Notes under the pieces: generated by a model
Databases searched by the model: none
What the model saw: only the letters and a program-made list of their open reading frames with translations
What the model was told of the DNA's origin: nothing
Position numbers and translations under genes: made by a program
Source: an uncultured virus (IMG/VR IMGVR_UViG_2061766007_001950)
Taxonomy: Duplodnaviria > Heunggongvirae > Uroviricota > Caudoviricetes
Strand: one strand, 5' to 3'
Virus record (IMG/VR): IMGVR_UViG_2061766007_001950
DNA: 34,200 nt
Shown: in pieces, positions 20,340 through 32,287 of the stretch
Position numbering within the stretch: position 1 is the first letter of the stretch
Layout: each line of letters starts with the position of its first letter

Positions 20340-22416
20340 ATGAGTTTTTTATCAAGCATTTTCAGATCAAGGGATAAGCCAACGGACTCCACCTCCGGCA
20401 GCGCCTACCGCTTCTTCCTTGGCGGCACCACCTCCGGGAAGACGGTCACGGAACGCTCCGCCATGCAGATGACAGCAGTCTACTCCTGTGTACGCATCCT
20501 GTCAGAGGCNNNNNNNNNNTGCCATGCAGATGACAGCAGTCTACTCCTGTGTCCGCATCCTGTCAGAGGCAATCGCCGGTCTGCCGCTTCATCTGTACAA
20601 GTACAACGAGAAAGGCGGCAAGGAAAAAGCGCTGGATCATCCACTGTATTTCCTGCTCCATGATGAGCCGAATCCGGAAATGACATCCTTCATCTTCCGG
20701 GAAACGCTCATGACGCACCTGCTCCTCTGGGGCAATGCCTATGCGCAGGTGATCCGGAACGGTCGCGGCGAGGTCGTCGGGCTTTACCCCCTCATGCCAA
20801 ACCGCATGACGGTCGACCGGGACGAGCACGGAAAGCTCTATTACAGCTATCAGGTATCAAACGAGGATGCTCCGACCATGAAGACAGGAACCGTGATCCT
20901 GCAGCCAAGCGATGTGCTCCACATACCCGGCCTCGGGTTTGACGGGCTCGTGGGCTACTCCCCGATTGCTATGGCCAAGAATGCCATCGGCCTTGCCATC
21001 GCAACCGAGGAGTATGGCGCTAAGTTCTTCTCNNNNNNNNNNTGTGATCCTGCAGCCAAGCGATGTGCTCCACATACCCGGTCTTGGGTTTGACGGGCTC
21101 GTGGGCTATTCTCCGATTGCTATGGCCAAGAATGCTATCGGCCTTGCCATCGCAACTGAGGAGTATGGCGCTAAGTTCTTCTCAAACGGTGCGACTCCGG
21201 GAGGCCTATTGGAGTATCCGGGTACGGTGAAAGACCCCGACCGGGTGCGTGAGAGCTGGAACAAGGGCTTCTCCGGAAGCCAGAATGCCGGGAAGGTCGC
21301 AATTTTGGAAGAAGGCATGAAATACACGCCGATCTCCATCGCACCAGAGCANNNNNNNNNNCGCCGGGAAGGTAGCGATTTTGGAAGAAGGCATGAAATA
21401 CACGCCGATCTCCATCGCACCGGAGCAGGCGCAATTTTTGGAAACACGGAAATTTCAGATCAATGAAATCGCTCGNNNNNNNNNNTAAGTTCTTCTCAAA
21501 CGGTGCAACTCCGGGAGGCCTATTGGAGTATCCGGGTACGGTGAAAGACCCCGACCGGGTGCGCGAGAGCTGGAACAAGGGCTTCTCCGGAAGCCAGAAT
21601 GCCGGGAAGGTCGCGATTTTGGAAGANNNNNNNNNNTATTATCCGCTCCCTCCTCTCTCCGGATGAGAAAGCTCACTACTTTGTCAAGTTCAATGTCGAC
21701 GGCCTCCTTCGCGGTGATTANNNNNNNNNNGCCCATCTCCATAGCACCGGAGCAGGCGCAGTTCCTCGAAACACGAAAATTCCAAATCAATGAAATCGCT
21801 CGAATTTTCCGCATTCCCCCTCACATGATCGGGGATCTGGAGAAGTCGAGCTTTTCTAATATTGAGCAGCAATCGCTGGAGTTTGTGAAATACACCCTCG
21901 ACCCGTGGGTGGCCAGATGGGAGCAGGCCATTATCCGCTCCCTCCTGACTCCGGACGAGAAGGCTCACTACTTCGTCAAGTTCAATGTCGACGGCCTCCT
22001 TCGCGGCGATTACCAAAGCCGCATGAACGGCTATGCCACTGCAAGGCAGAACGGCTGGATGAGCGCCAACGACATCCGGGAGCTTGAAAACCTTGACCGC
22101 ATNNNNNNNNNNGAGCCGCATGAACGGCTACGCTACCGCAAGGCAGAACGGCTGGATGAGCGCCAACGACATCAGAGAGCTTGAGAACCTTGACCGCATC
22201 CCTGCCGAGCTCGGCGGTGATCTATATCTCATCAACGGAAACATGACCAAGCTCGAAGATGCGGGTATTTTTGCGGCCTCGTCTGCCGCTGGAAAGGAGG
22301 AAGAATCCAATGAAGACGAAGAAGTTCTGGAACTGGAAAAACAGAACGGCAGTGAATCAGGAAACGCAGGAACCGGTGACAGAAAGGACGCTGTTCCTGA
22401 ATGGCACCATCGCTGA
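20340..22416 (+). CDS. HK97-family portal protein (composite)
   Basis: AVYSCVRILSE, EPNPEMT, LLWGNAYA, DGLVGYSPI, FLETRKFQINEIARIFRIPP, SFSNIEQ, NDIRELENL. Confidence 0.95.
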
Positions 22417-23547
22417 AGAAAGCTGGTTTGACGATGATGTCACACCGGAGCTTTTCAGGGAGGAATTAAACTCCGGCAGTGGTGACATCACGGTCTGGAT
22501 CAACTCTCCGGGCGGNNNNNNNNNNGCTGGAGGATGCAGGTATATTCGCGGCCTCGTCTGCCGCAGGAAAGGAGGAAGAATCCGATGAAGACGAAGAAGT
22601 TCTGGAACTGGAAGACCCGGACAGCAGTGAATCAGGAGACGCAGGAGCCGGTGACCGAGCGGACGCTGTTCCTAAGCGGCACCATCGCGGAGGAAAGCTG
22701 GTTTGACGATGACGTCACCCCTCAGCTGTTCCGCGACGAGCTGAACGCAGGCTCCGGTGACATTACGGTCTGGATCAACTCTCCGGGCGGTGACTGNNNN
22801 NNNNNNCATCATCAACAGCTACGAGATCAAGACCGGTCTGTCCCGTGCCAAGCTCTCACACCTCATGGATGCAGAGACTTGGATGGACGCCAACAAAGCT
22901 GTGGAGCTTGGGTTNNNNNNNNNNTGTGGCCGCAGCACAGATCTACAACATGCTGATGGATTACAAGGGCGGCGTNNNNNNNNNNCGACTGCGTGGCCGC
23001 AGCACAGATCTACAACATGCTGATGGATTACAAAGGCGGCGTCACTGTGAAGATCGACGGCATTGCAGCCTCTGCTGCCTCCGTCATTGCGATGGCAGGC
23101 ACTAAGGTGCTCATGTCCCCGGTCTCCATGATGATGATCCACAACCCGGCGACCATTGCCTTCGGTGACCACACCGAAATGGAAAAAGCAATGGCCATGC
23201 TGGATGAAGTCAAAGAGTCGATCATCAACAGCTATGAGATCAAGACCGGCCTATCCCGTGCCAAGCTCTCACACCTTATGGATGCAGAGACTTGGATGGA
23301 CGCCAACAAAGCTGTGGAGCTTGGGTTTGCGGACGACATCTTAAGGCGTGCTGAAGATGCGCCGGAGGATGCGGCCAGCCCTGCTGAAGCGCTGCTGTTC
23401 TCACGTAAGGCGGTCAACGCTGCCCTCGTGAACAAGCTGGAAGCCAAATATCACATACCGAAAAGGGAGCCGGAAGTTCCCGAAGAAACCGGTCGCTCCG
23501 TCGATGACATCATCGAGCGACTCGACACTATCTCAAAATTCATGTAA
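22310..23547 (+). CDS. ClpP-like (S14) head maturation protease (composite)
   Basis: WINSPGGD, DGIAASAASVIAMAG (Ser), MMIHNP (His), ETWMDANKAVELGFAD (Asp). Confidence 0.93.
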
Positions 23548-23565
23548 TGAAGGAGGATTTATACC

Positions 23566-25338
23566 ATGACTATTTTAGAACTGATGCAGAAAAGAAATCA
23601 GGCACTGGCGGCGGCTCGCGATTTTGCTGAGTCCCACAGAACAGACAAGGGAACCCTCTCCGACGAGGATTCCGCAACCTACGACAAGATGGAGAAGGAA
23701 ATCATGGACATGAGCCGTGAAATCTCCAGAATGCAGAGACAGGAAGCAATGGAGCATGAGCTCTCCCAGCCGGTCAACTCCCCGATCACGGGCAGACCTT
23801 ATCAGCCTGCCAATGAACCGGAAAAGAAAACCGGTCGTGCCTCCGATGAGTACAGGAAAGGCATGCTGCAGGCTCTGCGCACCAACTTCCGTCAGATCAG
23901 CAATGTTCTGCAGGAAGGTATCGACGAGAATGGCGGCTACCTCGTACCGGAGGAATACGACCACAGGCTCATCGATGTCCTGAATGAAGAGAACATCATG
24001 AGAAAGCTGGGTACCACGATTACAACCAGTGGCCAGCACAAAATCAATATCGCAGCAACAAAGCCTGCTGCGGCATGGATCGAGGAAGGTGAAGCACTGA
24101 CTTTCGGTGATGCGACCTTCGACCAGATCATGCTGGATGCCTACAAGCTCCANNNNNNNNNNTGAGAACGGCGGCTACCTCGTCCCGGAGGAATATGACC
24201 ACAGGCTCATCGACGTCCTGAATGAAGAGAACATCATGAGAAAGCTGGGTACCACGATCACAACCAGCGGCCAGCACAAGATCAACATCGCAGCGACCAA
24301 GCCTGCTGCGGCATGGATCGAGGAAGGCGAAGCGCTGACCTTCGGTGATGCGACCTTCGATCAGATCATGCTGGATGCCTACAAGCTCCACGTAGCAATC
24401 AAGGTCACCGAGGAACTGCTCTACGACAANNNNNNNNNNCGCCTACAAGCTCCACGTAGCGATCAAGGTCACCGAGGAATTGCTCTACGACAATGCCTTC
24501 CAGCTGGAGAACTACATCATCAACCAGTTCGGTATCGCTCTGGCCAACGCCGAAGAAGATGCCTTCCTGAACGGTGATGGCTCCGGTAAGCCTCTGGGCA
24601 TCTTTGCCGACAACGGCGGTGCGCAGGCAACTACGATCACTGCGAAGAACACGGTCGAATCCGACGACATCATCAATCTGGTGTATGCCCTGAAGCGTCC
24701 GTATCGTAANNNNNNNNNNATCACTGCGAAAAATACGGTCGAGTCCGACGACATCATCAATCTGGTGTATGCCCTGAAGCGTCCGTATCGTAANNNNNNN
24801 NNNGTCACCGCAAAAACAACCGTCGAGTCCGATGACATCATCAATCTGGTGTATGCCCTGAAGCGTCCGTATCGCAAGAACGCGAAGTTCATCCTGAACG
24901 ATCAGACCATCGCATCCATCAGAAAGCTCAAGGACGAGAACGGCCAGTATATGTGGCAGCCTGCCCTTGTTGCCGGAGAGCCTGACAGACTGCTCGGCTA
25001 TGAGTGCCTCACTTCCCCGTTCGCACCTGTTGCAGCTGCCGGTAAGCCGTTCATCGCGTTCGGCGACTTCAAGTACTACAACATCGGCGACCGTGGTACC
25101 AGAAGTTTNNNNNNNNNNTGCACCTGTTGCAGCAGCTGGTAAGCCGTTCATCGCATTTGGCGACTTCAAGTACTACAACATCGGCGACCGTGGTACCAGA
25201 AGTTTTCAGGAACTCAAGGAGCTCTTTGCCGGAAACGGCATGATCGGATATGTCGCAAAGGAAAGAGTCGACGGCAAGCTGATCCTTCCGGAGGCCGTGC
25301 AGCTCCTGAAGCTGAAGGGTACTTCTTCTGGCAACTGA
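23566..25338 (+). CDS. HK97-fold major capsid protein with N-terminal coiled-coil delta domain (composite)
   Basis: GGYLVPEE, WIEEG, VTEELLYD, FLNGDGSGKPLG, LKDENGQY.W, IAFGDF, ERVDGK. Confidence 0.95.
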
Positions 25339-25347
25339 TCATAACAT

Positions 25348-25380
25348 GGGCGGTGCTGCACTTCGCGGCATCGCCCTTTC
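25348..25380 (+). terminator. Hairpin after the capsid gene
   Basis: GGGCGGTGCTGC-ACTTC-GCGGCATCGCCC-TTTC (short U tract). Confidence 0.6.
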
Positions 25381-25398
25381 AGAAATGAGGTGAAACGT

Positions 25399-25677
25399 AT
25401 GCTGGTAACACTTGCAGAGGCAAAGGAATATCTCCGGGTGGATCATGATGACGAGAATACCCTGATCGAGCACCTGATCACTACAGCGCAGAAGCTATGC
25501 ATGGATATCGTGCGGATTGATGATGAGGAGGTCTTTGAGAGCGACTTTCGGGAAGCCCGGATCGCCATCCTCTACTCCATCGGGTACCTGTATGAACACC
25601 GGGAGGAAGCCGACCACCACCAGCTTACCATGACGCTTCGCTCACTTCTGTTCGGTATGCGGAAGGAGGCCTTCTGA
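25399..25677 (+). CDS. Head-tail connector (gp6-like)
   Basis: VTLAEAKEYLRVDHDDEN.LI...AILYSIGYLYEHRE. Confidence 0.9.
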   Translation: MLVTLAEAKEYLRVDHDDENTLIEHLITTAQKLCMDIVRIDDEEVFESDFREARIAILYSIGYLYEHREEADHHQLTMTLRSLLFGMRKEAF

Positions 25678-26077
25678 TGAAGATTGGATTACTGAACGTC
25701 CGGATCACCATCGAGAAGAATCAGGTCGCAACAGATAAGTACGGCAACCACAAAAACACATGGGTACCCTACTATAGCTGCTATGCGACTGCAAGCTCCG
25801 AGTCTCCGAAGGAAGAAACAGANNNNNNNNNNGCACCGGGAGGAAGCCGACCATCACCAGCTTACCATGACGCTTCGCTCACTTCTGTTCGGTATGCGGA
25901 AGGAGGCCTTCTGATGAAGATTGGATTACTGAACGTCCGGATCGCCATCGAGAAAAATCAGGTCGTAACAGATAAGTACGGCAACCATAAAAACACATGG
26001 GTACCCTACTATAGCTGCTATGCGACCGCAAGCTCCGAGTCTCCGAAGGAAGAAACAGACGCAGGCCGGATCGTGGA
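25677..26077 (+). CDS. Head closure/head-tail adaptor protein, N-terminal part (two fragments)
   Basis: MKIGLLNVRITIEKN...DKYGNHKNTW..YYSCYA; position after the connector gene. Confidence 0.8.
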
Positions 26078-26087
26078 NNNNNNNNNN

Positions 26088-26253
26088 TACAGAAGTCCAT
26101 ATAGAGCTCTACACCGACGAAAAGAACCCGGAGGTGGAAGCGCTCGTCGAGACCGTGCTTGATGCGCACGGTATTTTTTATGACAAAACGGAGGTCTGGA
26201 TTGACTCCGAGAAACTGTATGAGGTTCTTTATTCATTCGAAACGGAGGATTAA
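26088..26253 (+). CDS. Tail terminator/completion protein, C-terminal fragment
   Basis: IELYTDEKNPEVE..VE.VLD.HGIFYDKTEVWIDSEKLYEVLYSFE; directly before the major tail gene. Confidence 0.7.
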
Positions 26254-26256
26254 GAC

Positions 26257-27278
26257 ATGGGTAATAAAGTCAAATACAATCTGAAAAACGTTCANNNNNN
26301 NNNNCACGGAAGTCCATATAGAGCTCTACACCGACGAAAAGAACCCGGAGGTGGAGGCGCTCGTCGAGACCGTGCTTGATGCGCACGGTATTTTTTATGA
26401 CAAAACNNNNNNNNNNNNNNNNNNNNNNNNNNNNNNNNNNNNNNNNNNNNNNNNNNNNNNNNNNNNNNNNNNNNNNNNNNNNNNNNNNNNNNNNNNNNNN
26501 NNNNNNNNNNNNNNNNNNNNNNNNNCTCCTACGGCACACCGAAGGCGATCCCCGGCGCTGTTTCCATCGCGCTGGANNNNNNNNNNAGATGGTGTGAAGT
26601 CCTTTTCCTACGGTACACCGAAGGCGATCCCCGGCGCTGTTTCCATCGCGCTGGATGCCGAGGGTGAAACCAGCCCGTTCTATGCTGACGGTATTGTATA
26701 TTTCCGCTCTGTGACCAACAACGGCTACTCCGGCGACCTTGAGATGGCGCTGGTACCNNNNNNNNNNTTCCTACGGCACACCGAAAGCGATCCCCGGCGC
26801 TGTTTCCATCGCGCTGGACGCTGAGGGTGAAACCAGCCCGTTCTATGCTGACGGCATTGTGTATTTCCGTTCTGTGACCAACAACGGATACTCCGGCGAC
26901 CTTGAGATGGCGCTGGTACCGGAATGGTTCAGGACAGAGATCCTGCAGGAGGAGCTGGACTCCAACGGCGTACTTGTCGAGAAGAACACCAACGCGGAAA
27001 GCGTGAAGTTCGCTCTGCTCTTCGAGTTTGACGGCGACGTCAATGCGATCCGCCACGTGCTGTACAACTGCAGTTCTTCCCGTCCGTCCATCGAGTCGGA
27101 AACCAAGGAAGATACCATCGAGCCGGGCACGGAGAAGCTCTCCATCACTGCCGACCCGAGAGCTGACGGCCTCGTGAAAGCGCGTACCGGCGATGGAACC
27201 GATCAGGCAACCTATGACAACTGGTACCAGTCGGTGTATATCTCTGCTGCAGCAACACAGGAGGAGAACAATGATTGA
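26257..27278 (+). CDS. Major tail protein (phi13-family-like), composite
   Basis: MGNKVKYNLKNVH, PGAVSIAL, FYADGIVY, NNGYSGDLE, FALLFEFDGD, RHVLYNCSSSRP. Confidence 0.92.
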
Positions 27279-27391
27279 GAAAACAATTGATATCTGCGGC
27301 ANNNNNNNNNNTGATGGAACCGATCAGGCGACCTATGACAACTGGTACCAGTCGGTATATATCTCTGCTGCGGCAACACAGGAGGAGAACA

Positions 27392-27766
27392 ATGATTGAG
27401 AAAACAATTGATATCTGCGGCAAAGAGGTGAAGTTTAGGTCTTCAGCGACCATCCCTCGCCTCTACCGCATCAAGTTCAAAAGAGACATCTTCAAAGACC
27501 TGACCAAGCTGGAGAAGGCATACAGCAAAAAGGCCAAGGATGATGACGATCTGGAAATCGATGATCTGGAGATCTTCGAAAACGTCGCCTACATCATGGC
27601 CTTTCATGCTGATCCGTCCATTCCGAAAACCATCGACGAATGGCTGGATCAGTTTGATATGTTCTCCATCTATCAGGTGCTCCCGGAGATCCTGACGCTC
27701 TGGGGTGAAAACCTGATCACGGATGTTGAAGCAAAAAAAGGATTAGCAGAAGTGAGCGGGAAATGA
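27392..27766 (+). CDS. Tail assembly chaperone (gpG-like); second allele at 27779-28049
   Basis: MIEKTIDICGKEVKFRSSATIPRLYR...EWLDQF.MFSIYQVLPEIL.LW...EAKK; lies between major tail and tape measure. Confidence 0.88.
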   Translation: MIEKTIDICGKEVKFRSSATIPRLYRIKFKRDIFKDLTKLEKAYSKKAKDDDDLEIDDLEIFENVAYIMAFHADPSIPKTIDEWLDQFDMFSIYQVLPEILTLWGENLITDVEAKKGLAEVSGK

Positions 27767-28015
27767 CCNNNNNNNNNNGGACCTGGCAAAGCTTGAGAAG
27801 GCATACAGCAAGAAGGCAAAGGATGGTGAGGACATCGAGATCGATGACCTTGAGATCTTCGAGAACGTGGCCTATATCATGGCTTTCCATGCTGATCCTT
27901 CCATCCCGAAGACCATCGATGAATGGCTCGACCAGTTTGAGATGTTCTCCATCTACCAGGTACTCCCGGAGATCCTTGAACTGTGGGGATCGAACATGAT
28001 GACGGACATCGAAGC

Positions 28016-28210
28016 AAAAAAAGGATTGGCAGAAGTGAGCGGGAGATGACCACGCCGCTGTTCCTTCTGCGATGTATGGAAATAGGGATATCGGTATCAG
28101 ACCTTGATCTTCTGACCGTAGGTCTGGTACTGGATATCTGGACAGAGAAAACAAATGACGGCGTGAAATACGCCCGCGTGGCAACACAGGAAGATTTCGA
28201 TAAGTTCTAA
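28016..28210 (+). CDS. gpT-like extension reached by -1 frameshift at A AAA AAA
   Basis: The -1 frame is open from the slippery site: KKRIGRSEREMTTPLFLLRC...QEDFDKF*. Confidence 0.8.
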   Translation, partial: KKRIGRSEREMTTPLFLLRCMEIGISVSDLDLLTVGLVLDIWTEKTNDGVKYARVATQEDFDKF

Positions 28211-28390
28211 GGCATCTCTTTTGAGGTNNNNNNNNNNCTGCGTAGAAATTGGGATATCAGTATCAGACCTCGATCTTCTGACCGTAGGTCTGGTACTGGA
28301 TATCTGGACAGAGAAAACAAACGATGGCGTGAAATACAGGCAGCTTGCTACACAGGAAGATTTCGATCGATTTTAAGGAGGTGAAGACCG

Positions 28391-31300
28391 GTGGCAAACA
28401 GAATCAAAGGCATTACTGTCGAGATTGGCGGCGATACTACTGGTCTCGACAAGGCACTAAAAGGCGTCAACAACTCCATACGTACCACGCAGTCGAGCCT
28501 CCGCGACGTGAACAGGCTCTTAAAGCTCGACCCGAAAAACACCACCCTCCTCTCCCAGAAGCAGAAGCTGCTGAAGGACTCCATCGGTGCGACCAAGGAN
28601 NNNNNNNNNCTAAAAGGCGTCAACAACTCCATACGTACCACGCAGTCGAGCCTCCGCGATGTGAACAGGCTCTTAAAGCTCGACCCGAAAAACACCACCC
28701 TTCTCTCCCAGAAGCAGAAGCTGCTGAAGGACTCCATCGGTGCGACCAAGGAAAAGCTGGAAGGACTGAAGGAAGCCCAGAAGCAGGCAAAGGAGCAGCT
28801 GGAACGCGGCGAGCTCGGGCAGGATAAATACGATGCCCTGCAGCGCGAGATCGTAGAGACAGAGAACGAGCTGAAGCGTTTGGAAAAGGAAGCCGCCTCC
28901 TGTGAATCCAAGCTGGATAAGATGGCGGAGGTCGGATCTAAAATGCAAAAGGCTGGTGACTCCATCACGGGTGCCGGTAAGAAACTCCTGCCGGTGTCCG
29001 GTGCTGTCGCAGGGCTCGGTGCAATCTCCGTAAAGACCGCTGCCGACTTTGACAGTTCCATGAGCAAGGTGGCTGCCGTATCCGGTGCGACCGGCGAGGA
29101 CTTTGATAAGCTCCGTGCCAAAGCCCGTGAGATGGGTGCCAAAACCAAGTTCTCTGCATCGGAAGCAGCTGACGCCATGAACTATATGGCGATGGCCGGT
29201 TGGAAGACCGAAGACATGCTTTCCGGTGTGGAGGGCATCATGAACCTTGCCGCTGCATCCGGAGAGGATCTGGCGACCACATCGGACATCGTAACAGATG
29301 CGCTGACGGCATTCGGCCTTTCTGCGGAGGACTCCGGCCACTTTGCCGATGTCCTTGCTGCAGCATCGTCCAATGCGAATACGAATGTGTCCATGCTCGG
29401 CGAGTCCTTCAAATATGCAGCTCCGGTTGCAGGCTCCCTCGGGATATCGGCTGAGGATACATCCATCGCGCTGGGACTGATGGCAAATGCCGGTATCAAG
29501 GCATCACAGTCAGGTACGGCTCTTAGGACTGGCCTTACAAACCTTGCCAAGCCTACCAAGCAGATGCAATCCTTCATGGATAAATACAACATTTCCCTTG
29601 TGGAGAACGAGGACGGCTCCATCAATCTCCGGGAGACCATGATCTCCCTGCGTGACAAGATGGGCGGCCTTTCGGAATCCGAGCAGGCAGCTGCGGCATC
29701 GGCCATCTTCGGTAAAAACTCGATGGCAGGCTGGCTTGCCATTATCAACGCCTCCGACAAGGACTTTGATAAGCTGACCGGTGCAATCGATAACTGTGAT
29801 GGCACGGCTCTTTCTATGGCCGAAACCATGCAGGACAACCTCATGGGACAGATCACGATCTTAAAGAGCCAGTTGCAGGAGCTCGCTATCTCCTTCGGTG
29901 ATGCACTGATGCCGATGATCCGGAGAGTCGTGTCCGCGATACAGGGCTTTGTCGATAAGCTCAATAACATGAGCGAAGGACAGCGCCGGGCNNNNNNNNN
30001 NNNNNNNNNNNNNNNNNNNNNNNNNNNNNNNNNNNNNNNNNNNNNNNNNNNNNNNNNNNNNNNNNNNNNNNNNNNNNNNNNNNNNNNAGCGGTCAGCAAA
30101 GCCGGAGGCATGACGAGCATCCTGTCTAAGGCGATCGGCTTCCTGACATCCCCTATTGGCATTGTGATCGCGATTGTGGCAGTCCTCGTGGCTGCCTTTA
30201 TTCATCTTTGGCGTACTAACGAGAAGTTCCGAAACTCCATGATCAAGATCTGGAACGGGATCAAGAACACCATCGGGAAGTTTGTCACTGAGGTCAAGTC
30301 GCGGTTTGACAGCCTTGGTATCGACTTTGGAAAGATTGCCGCTACCATGAAAAAGATCTGGGAGGGCTTCTGCCAGATCCTTGCTCCGATTTTTGAGGGA
30401 ACATTCAAGATCATCGCTGCCGTTCTGAAAACGGTGCTGGATGTAATCATCGGCGTGCTCGATATCTTTATCGGCATCTTCACAGGTGACTGGAAGAAGG
30501 TCTGGCAGGGAGTGAAACGAATCTTCTCCGCCGTATGNNNNNNNNNNTCTGAAAACGGTGCTGGATGTGATCATCGGCGTGCTCGATATCTTTATCGGCA
30601 TCTTCACCGGCGACTGGAAGAAGGTATGGCAGGGAGTGAAACGAATCTTCTCCGCCGTATGGACTGGGATTAAGAGNNNNNNNNNNACTGGATGTGATCA
30701 TCGGCGTGCTCGATATCTTTATCGGCATCTTCACCGGTGACTGGAAGAAGGTCTGGCAGGGTGTGAAACGAATCTTCTCCGCCGTATGGACTGGGATTAA
30801 GAGCGTTCTCTCNNNNNNNNNNATATGGACTGGGATTAAGAGCGTTCTCTCTGCAGCCCTGAATACGATAAAGAATGTGACGAATACCGTGCTGAGCTGG
30901 TTTGGCACCAACTGGAAGAAGATCTGGAATGGGATCAAGAGCTTTACTTCAGGCCTTTGGAATGGTCTCAAGTCACTGGCAGCTAAAGTGTTCAATGGAA
31001 TAAAGACCGCGATACTNNNNNNNNNNCACATCAGGCCTTTGGAACGGACTCAAGTCACTGGCAGCTAAAGTGTTCAATGGAATAAAGACTGCAATACTGA
31101 CGCCGATCCGGGCAGTGAAAAGCGGCCTCTCGTCCCTCTGGAACGGGATCAAGAGCACCGCTTCTTCTGTATGGAGAAGCATCAAATCCACGGCCAGCTC
31201 TATCTGGAACAGCATCAAGACTGCCGTNNNNNNNNNNGCAGTATCAAGACTGCCGTAACCTCGCCTGTGCAGGCAATCAAATCCACGCTTTCNNNNNNNN

Positions 31301-32166
31301 NNCTCTTCTGTCTGGAGGAGCATCAAATCCACGGCCAGCTCTATCTGGAGCAGCATCAAGACTGCCGTAACCTCGCCTGTGCAGGCAATCAAATCCACGC
31401 NNNNNNNNNNATGGAACGGAATCAAGAGCACCGCTTCTTCTGTATGGAGGAGCATCAAATCCACGGCCAGCTCTATCTGGAACAGCATCAAGACTGCCGT
31501 AACCTCGCCTGTGCAGGCAATCAAATCCACGCTTTCATCTGCGTGGGGCAGCATTAAGTCTGCAGCGAGCTCGGCGTGGTCAAATATCAAGAATGCTATG
31601 ATCTCACCGATCAATTCTGCAAAGTCTACGATCAGCGGAATCATCAGCAAGATCAAAGGCTTCTTCCCTCTTTCCATCGGCAGGATCTTTAGCAACCTGA
31701 AGCTGCCGCATATCAGTGTGTCTGGTGGTAAGGCGCCATTCGGCATCGGTGGCAANNNNNNNNNNAGCTCGGCATGGTCAAATATCAAGAGCGCCATGAT
31801 CTCGCCGATCAACTCCGCGAAGTCTACGATCAGCGGAATCATCAGTAAGATCAAGGGCTTCTTCCCTCTGTCCATCGGCAGGATCTTCAGCAACCTGAAG
31901 CTGCCGCATATCAGTGTGTCCGGTGGTAAGGCACCGTTCGGCATCGGAGGCAAAGGCTCCCTGCCTTCCTTCAGTGTCAGCTGGTANNNNNNNNNNGGGC
32001 TCCCTGCCTTCCTTCAGTGTCAGCTGGTATGCAAAGGCTATGGAAAAAGGAATGATCCTGAACAGCCCGACGATCTTTGGCATGAAGAACGGATCGCTGC
32101 TTGGCGGCGGTGAAGTCGGATCGGAAACAGTGGTCGGAACGGACTCGCTGATGAATATGATCACAT
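28391..32166 (+). CDS. Tape measure protein (TP901-type core), composite, 3' end in gap
   Basis: MANRIKGITVEIGGDTT; FSASEAADAM.YMAMAGW; LAAASGEDL; hydrophobic segments; 11-residue W..IK repeats; GGEVGSE near the C-terminus. Confidence 0.95.
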
Positions 32167-32287
32167 NNNNNNNNNNNNNNNNNNNNNNNNNNNNNNNNNN
32201 NNNNNNNNNNNNNNNNNNNNNNNNNNNNNNNNNNNNNNNNNNNNNNNNNNNNNNNNNNNNNNNNNNNNNNNNNNNNNNNNNNNNNNN

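Noticed and set aside
26078..26087. Loss of the HK97 gp10-like neck gene
   Set aside because: The interval is a placeholder gap that also removes the ends of both neighbouring genes, so absence cannot be judged.
31070..31620. 33-bp periodic DNA repeats
   Set aside because: These encode the ordinary 11-residue W..IK repeats of tape measure proteins.
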